A DNA stretch of 64,000 nucleotides from Candidatus Woesearchaeota archaeon (GTDB lineage Archaea > Nanobdellota > Nanobdellia > Woesearchaeales > JABGXB01). Location of the stretch: positions 318,098 to 382,097 of the forward strand of contig JABGXB010000002.1 of assembly GCA_018675975.1 (NCBI GenBank), read 5' to 3'. A program made the position numbers and the translations under genes. The notes below the pieces were generated by a model. The model worked only from the letters and a program-made list of their open reading frames with translations. It was not told where the DNA came from and ran no database searches. Positions 60,844 through 64,000 of this stretch are shown here, one piece after another. Position 1 is the first letter of the stretch. Each line of letters starts with the position of its first letter.

Positions 60844-63800
60844 ATGAATAAAAAAATAGTTTATTTAATAATATTTATACTAATATTTAATTATCCCTCA
60901 ATTTTTGCAAAACCAATTCAAAGTTCATCTTATGAACCATTAAGAACAATTGATTTTAGAACAAGAGATTTTTCATTAACAAATCCAGAAAAAAGTGGAA
61001 TATTTGGAATTATTTTAGTTGGAGAAAATGGACAGTATTTTGAATTTGAAAAAAAATATTCTACAAATATGGATGAAAATACAGATGAAGATTCATATCT
61101 AAAAAATTTAAATACTAAAGCATTACCAAAAATAATTAGAGATAAAACAGAAAGAGAAATTGCAGAAGCAAATAATGCTGTGAAATTAAATGAATATTAT
61201 CCATATTTTAATGATAAATTTTATTTTTACACAAAGCCATATTATTTTTATAATGATGTTGATGGGAAAAATGAAGTAATTGAATTAGAAAATGGTGGTG
61301 CAAATTATTTTTCAAAATCTCAAATCTCACAAGGCATAAATGTGTTTAATTCTGAATATGGTAGGATAACTTATGATTATTTTAACTCAATAAAGCCCGA
61401 TTTTTCAAGCAGAGCTCCTAAATTTCAAAGTATTTCTGGATTACTTGACAATTCTAATATTGAAAATTTTGAATTTGATAAAAGATATAATCCAAATAAT
61501 ATTAAATTATTAAAAGATACACCAAAAGTATATGTAGCAAACACAAATATTTTTTGTGAAAATAAAAACTTCAATATTGATTTTTATGATGAAAAATTTT
61601 GTACAAATAAAAAACAAAACGGTGGATGCCAACCAAATGATGAAACTTGGGTATATCAAGATAATTTTTGTTGTGGTAATTCGAAAATAAATGTTAATGG
61701 TTTAACATATATAGCAGATGCGGGATTACCAAGAATATCAGGTGGAATTATTATGGACCCTGTATGTATTTATGAAGAAGTTGCAGGAAAAAAGGCATTT
61801 GGATTTAAAAGAATGACATATAATGAAATATTTCAGTTTAAGGGTGGAAATTTTGAACATTCAGTAATTCAATCAAATGATTTTAATAGGAATATAAAAT
61901 TTAATTTTTGTAAAACTAAGAAAGCATATGAATTAGATCAAAAATTAGAACCAACAGGTGAAAATTGGAATAAATATGAAACTAATGAACAAATTAATCA
62001 AAATACAAATATAGTAATTATAAATAAACAATATGATGAAGAAAAAGAAGAAATAATATGTAAAGATAATTCTTATACCACTGCAAGATATTTAAGATGT
62101 TTAGATGAATTTGATAATGATTTAAATTTAAAACCACATGCAGGTGGCGATGAAAATAATTTAAAACAAGGAGAATCAATATATAAAGAAACTTGGAATC
62201 TTGATGATAGTGACTATATAGATGTTAAAGATAATACCGCAATTAGTTTAAAAGAAAATAATTTTATAGATTCAAAAAATATTACATTAAGTTTTGATTT
62301 TATAGGTGATGAAATTGGAGCACCACAATTAGAAATAGAAGCTTACTCATATGAATTTGAAAATCAGAATATTGATCCAATAATAATTCAAATAAAACCA
62401 GAAAAATATTACCCGAATAAAAAAACAAAAATAAATCAATTTATTGAAATAGAAAATTTCACAAAATTTCACATAGAATGTACATCTCCAGAAGCAAAAG
62501 AATTATGTAAAATAAAAAATATAAGAGTTTACACGGATAAAGAATTTAATAAAATTAAAAATATTTGTTCAAATAATAGATCTTTCATTTCAATTAATAA
62601 CTTGAAAAATTTAGACCAAGATGAATCACTAAGTACAAGTCAAACAATATGTGAAAAAAGTTCAGACCACAATAAATATATAATTAATGGATCTAATGAA
62701 CTTGGTACATATCGAACTTGTTGTATACCAGATAAAAATGATTACTTCTTAGGAAAAAATGGTGCATGTATTAGTGGAAATTATATTGATAATGAAAATT
62801 ATAATAATATAAATAATGATAATGTATTTACTTCAACTGGATTTTTATTAGTATATAAAGAAATAGATGGAAGTGAAAAAACAAAATTCATTTCAAACAT
62901 TTATGCAAATTCAAATTATAAAATAGAAAAAACTCCATTAAATAATATAACAAGAGTACATATAGAAAATTTAGATGAACTTTATTATAATATAAGTAAA
63001 AATGAAAATAATGAAATAATTGAATTAAAAAATTATTATCCTAATATAATTTATTCAGATAAAGTTTATACATGTGGAATAGATAACTCTCATTTTAATA
63101 GTGCTTTTAAAAGTATATATGATGAGAAATTAAAAACAAATATAAATAAATTATCATTATTTCCAGAATTAACAGAGGATGGTTCTAAATTAGACTATCC
63201 AGATAATAACTATTGTAAAAATATTGGTGAATTTTTTTGTAATATTGATGGAACATTTAAAATCGCAGATACTAGTTTATTACAATTTCATAATTTTACA
63301 AATGATAAATCTTACATATATCCAGATAATATTTCTGAATTAGTTACAACACCAACTGAAATATCAGGATTAACTAAAGATAGTGAAATTAATTTAGAAA
63401 CTGATAAACAAAATTTAGCTTGTTGTCCAGGAAATAGTTGTTATGATGGAAATGAATGTATTGAAAATCAAGCACAATTCCCTTCAGTAGATTTTGAATA
63501 TTCTAATTATATAAATTTAGAAAAAGGACAAAAATACAAAAGAGAAACAAATAAAAATGGAATGCCATATAAATTTGATTCAATTGAAAAGCCAAAAATA
63601 TGTGCAGGTAAATTTTTAGAAAAAAAATATGAAGTTGACGAAGTTGCAGATGGTTGGATAGATTATGAAGAAATTGTGGATTGGACAGGAAATTATAAAG
63701 GAAGTTGTATGCCAAAGCAATGTTTAACGCCAATATTCTTATTAGATAAACAAAGTAAGGACTATATTAAAGAATCAAGTGAAAATCAATTAATTAATTT

Positions 63801-64000
63801 TAGATCAACATTACAAGATAAACAATTTGTTTGTGTAGATCATGGATTTTTTACAAAAGATCATATTTGTTCATATAAAAATGAAACAGAAACAAAAGGT
63901 GTATGGAGTACTAGAACAAGTGTAATTATTAAAGAATTAGCTAAAAAAGTAAATAAAACTATTGAAGAAAGTCCAGATAAATATAATTATATGATTCATT
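60844..64000 (+). CDS. Large Cys-rich secreted protein (>1050 aa, 3'-truncated by window edge; absent from ORF track)
   Basis: GGGGT SD, ATG at 60844, signal peptide MNKKIVYLIIFILIFNYPSIFA. I read the frame to 64000 without a stop. Cys clusters include FCCGN, TCCIP, ACCPGNSCYDGNEC and CVDHGFFTKDHIC..GVWSTRT. Confidence 0.9.
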   Translation, partial: MNKKIVYLIIFILIFNYPSIFAKPIQSSSYEPLRTIDFRTRDFSLTNPEKSGIFGIILVGENGQYFEFEKKYSTNMDENTDEDSYLKNLNTKALPKIIRDKTEREIAEANNAVKLNEYYPYFNDKFYFYTKPYYFYNDVDGKNEVIELENGGANYFSKSQISQGINVFNSEYGRITYDYFNSIKPDFSSRAPKFQSISGLLDNSNIENFEFDKRYNPNNIKLLKDTPKVYVANTNIFCENKNFNIDFYDEKFCTNKKQNGGCQPNDETWVYQDNFCCGNSKINVNGLTYIADAGLPRISGGIIMDPVCIYEEVAGKKAFGFKRMTYNEIFQFKGGNFEHSVIQSNDFNRNIKFNFCKTKKAYELDQKLEPTGENWNKYETNEQINQNTNIVIINKQYDEEKEEIICKDNSYTTARYLRCLDEFDNDLNLKPHAGGDENNLKQGESIYKETWNLDDSDYIDVKDNTAISLKENNFIDSKNITLSFDFIGDEIGAPQLEIEAYSYEFENQNIDPIIIQIKPEKYYPNKKTKINQFIEIENFTKFHIECTSPEAKELCKIKNIRVYTDKEFNKIKNICSNNRSFISINNLKNLDQDESLSTSQTICEKSSDHNKYIINGSNELGTYRTCCIPDKNDYFLGKNGACISGNYIDNENYNNINNDNVFTSTGFLLVYKEIDGSEKTKFISNIYANSNYKIEKTPLNNITRVHIENLDELYYNISKNENNEIIELKNYYPNIIYSDKVYTCGIDNSHFNSAFKSIYDEKLKTNINKLSLFPELTEDGSKLDYPDNNYCKNIGEFFCNIDGTFKIADTSLLQFHNFTNDKSYIYPDNISELVTTPTEISGLTKDSEINLETDKQNLACCPGNSCYDGNECIENQAQFPSVDFEYSNYINLEKGQKYKRETNKNGMPYKFDSIEKPKICAGKFLEKKYEVDEVADGWIDYEEIVDWTGNYKGSCMPKQCLTPIFLLDKQSKDYIKESSENQLINFRSTLQDKQFVCVDHGFFTKDHICSYKNETETKGVWSTRTSVIIKELAKKVNKTIEESPDKYNYMIH

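Noticed and set aside
2268..63733. Many 60-130 aa ORFs antisense to or nested in longer genes (e.g. 3275, 11903, 16988, 26406, 33292, 33586, 44127, 55298, 63503)
   Set aside because: Shadow ORFs: F/L/I/S-rich mirror translations of well-supported genes, with no motifs. 63503..63733 is antisense to the giant ORF starting at 60844.
45482..64000. Diversity-generating retroelement acting on the surface proteins
   Set aside because: No reverse transcriptase and no template/variable repeat pair were noticed; a self-alignment would be needed to exclude a remote target.

Overview
Very AT-rich, gene-dense archaeal chromosome segment. TBP, aIF-2beta, MCM, an RPA32-like protein, membrane-anchored LonB, AglB, GGTGA-type Shine-Dalgarno sites, TTTATA(A/T)A boxes and an unlinked 5S rRNA are all present. 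The small-protein repertoire suggests a DPANN lineage such as Woesearchaeota (inference). Layout: (1) 1-16 kb, mixed housekeeping and accessory genes, including a bacterial-type ABC-F with a possible attenuator leader, two tRNAs and a 1447-aa secreted protein. (2) 16-43 kb, a ~27-kb surface-glycosylation locus: GT2/SMR-pair/GT-C module, HldE plus two GT9 heptosyltransferase-like genes, GT4s, methyltransferases, an AsnB-like amidotransferase, a three-gene 2-hydroxyethylphosphonate pathway (CTase-PepM, Ppd, Fe-ADH), a sulfatase-fold protein, a flippase and an AglB fused to a parvulin PPIase. (3) 43-45 kb, RsmB/NOP2, 5S rRNA and a short Rqc2/NFACT. (4) 45-51 kb, a co-oriented cluster of exported proteins sharing an N-terminal beta-strand motif (candidate donor-strand fibre system). 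(5) 51-57 kb, information-processing genes, with MCM broken by a 1-nt frameshift. (6) 57-61 kb, a His-Xaa-Ser-type radical SAM operon headed by an A24 prepilin-type peptidase, with a convergent secreted HxS/HxN precursor candidate. (7) From 60844, a Cys-rich secreted ORF of more than 1050 codons that is missing from the ORF track and runs off the window. No CRISPR array, integrase or transposase was seen. All family assignments come from motif recognition by eye; no searches were run.
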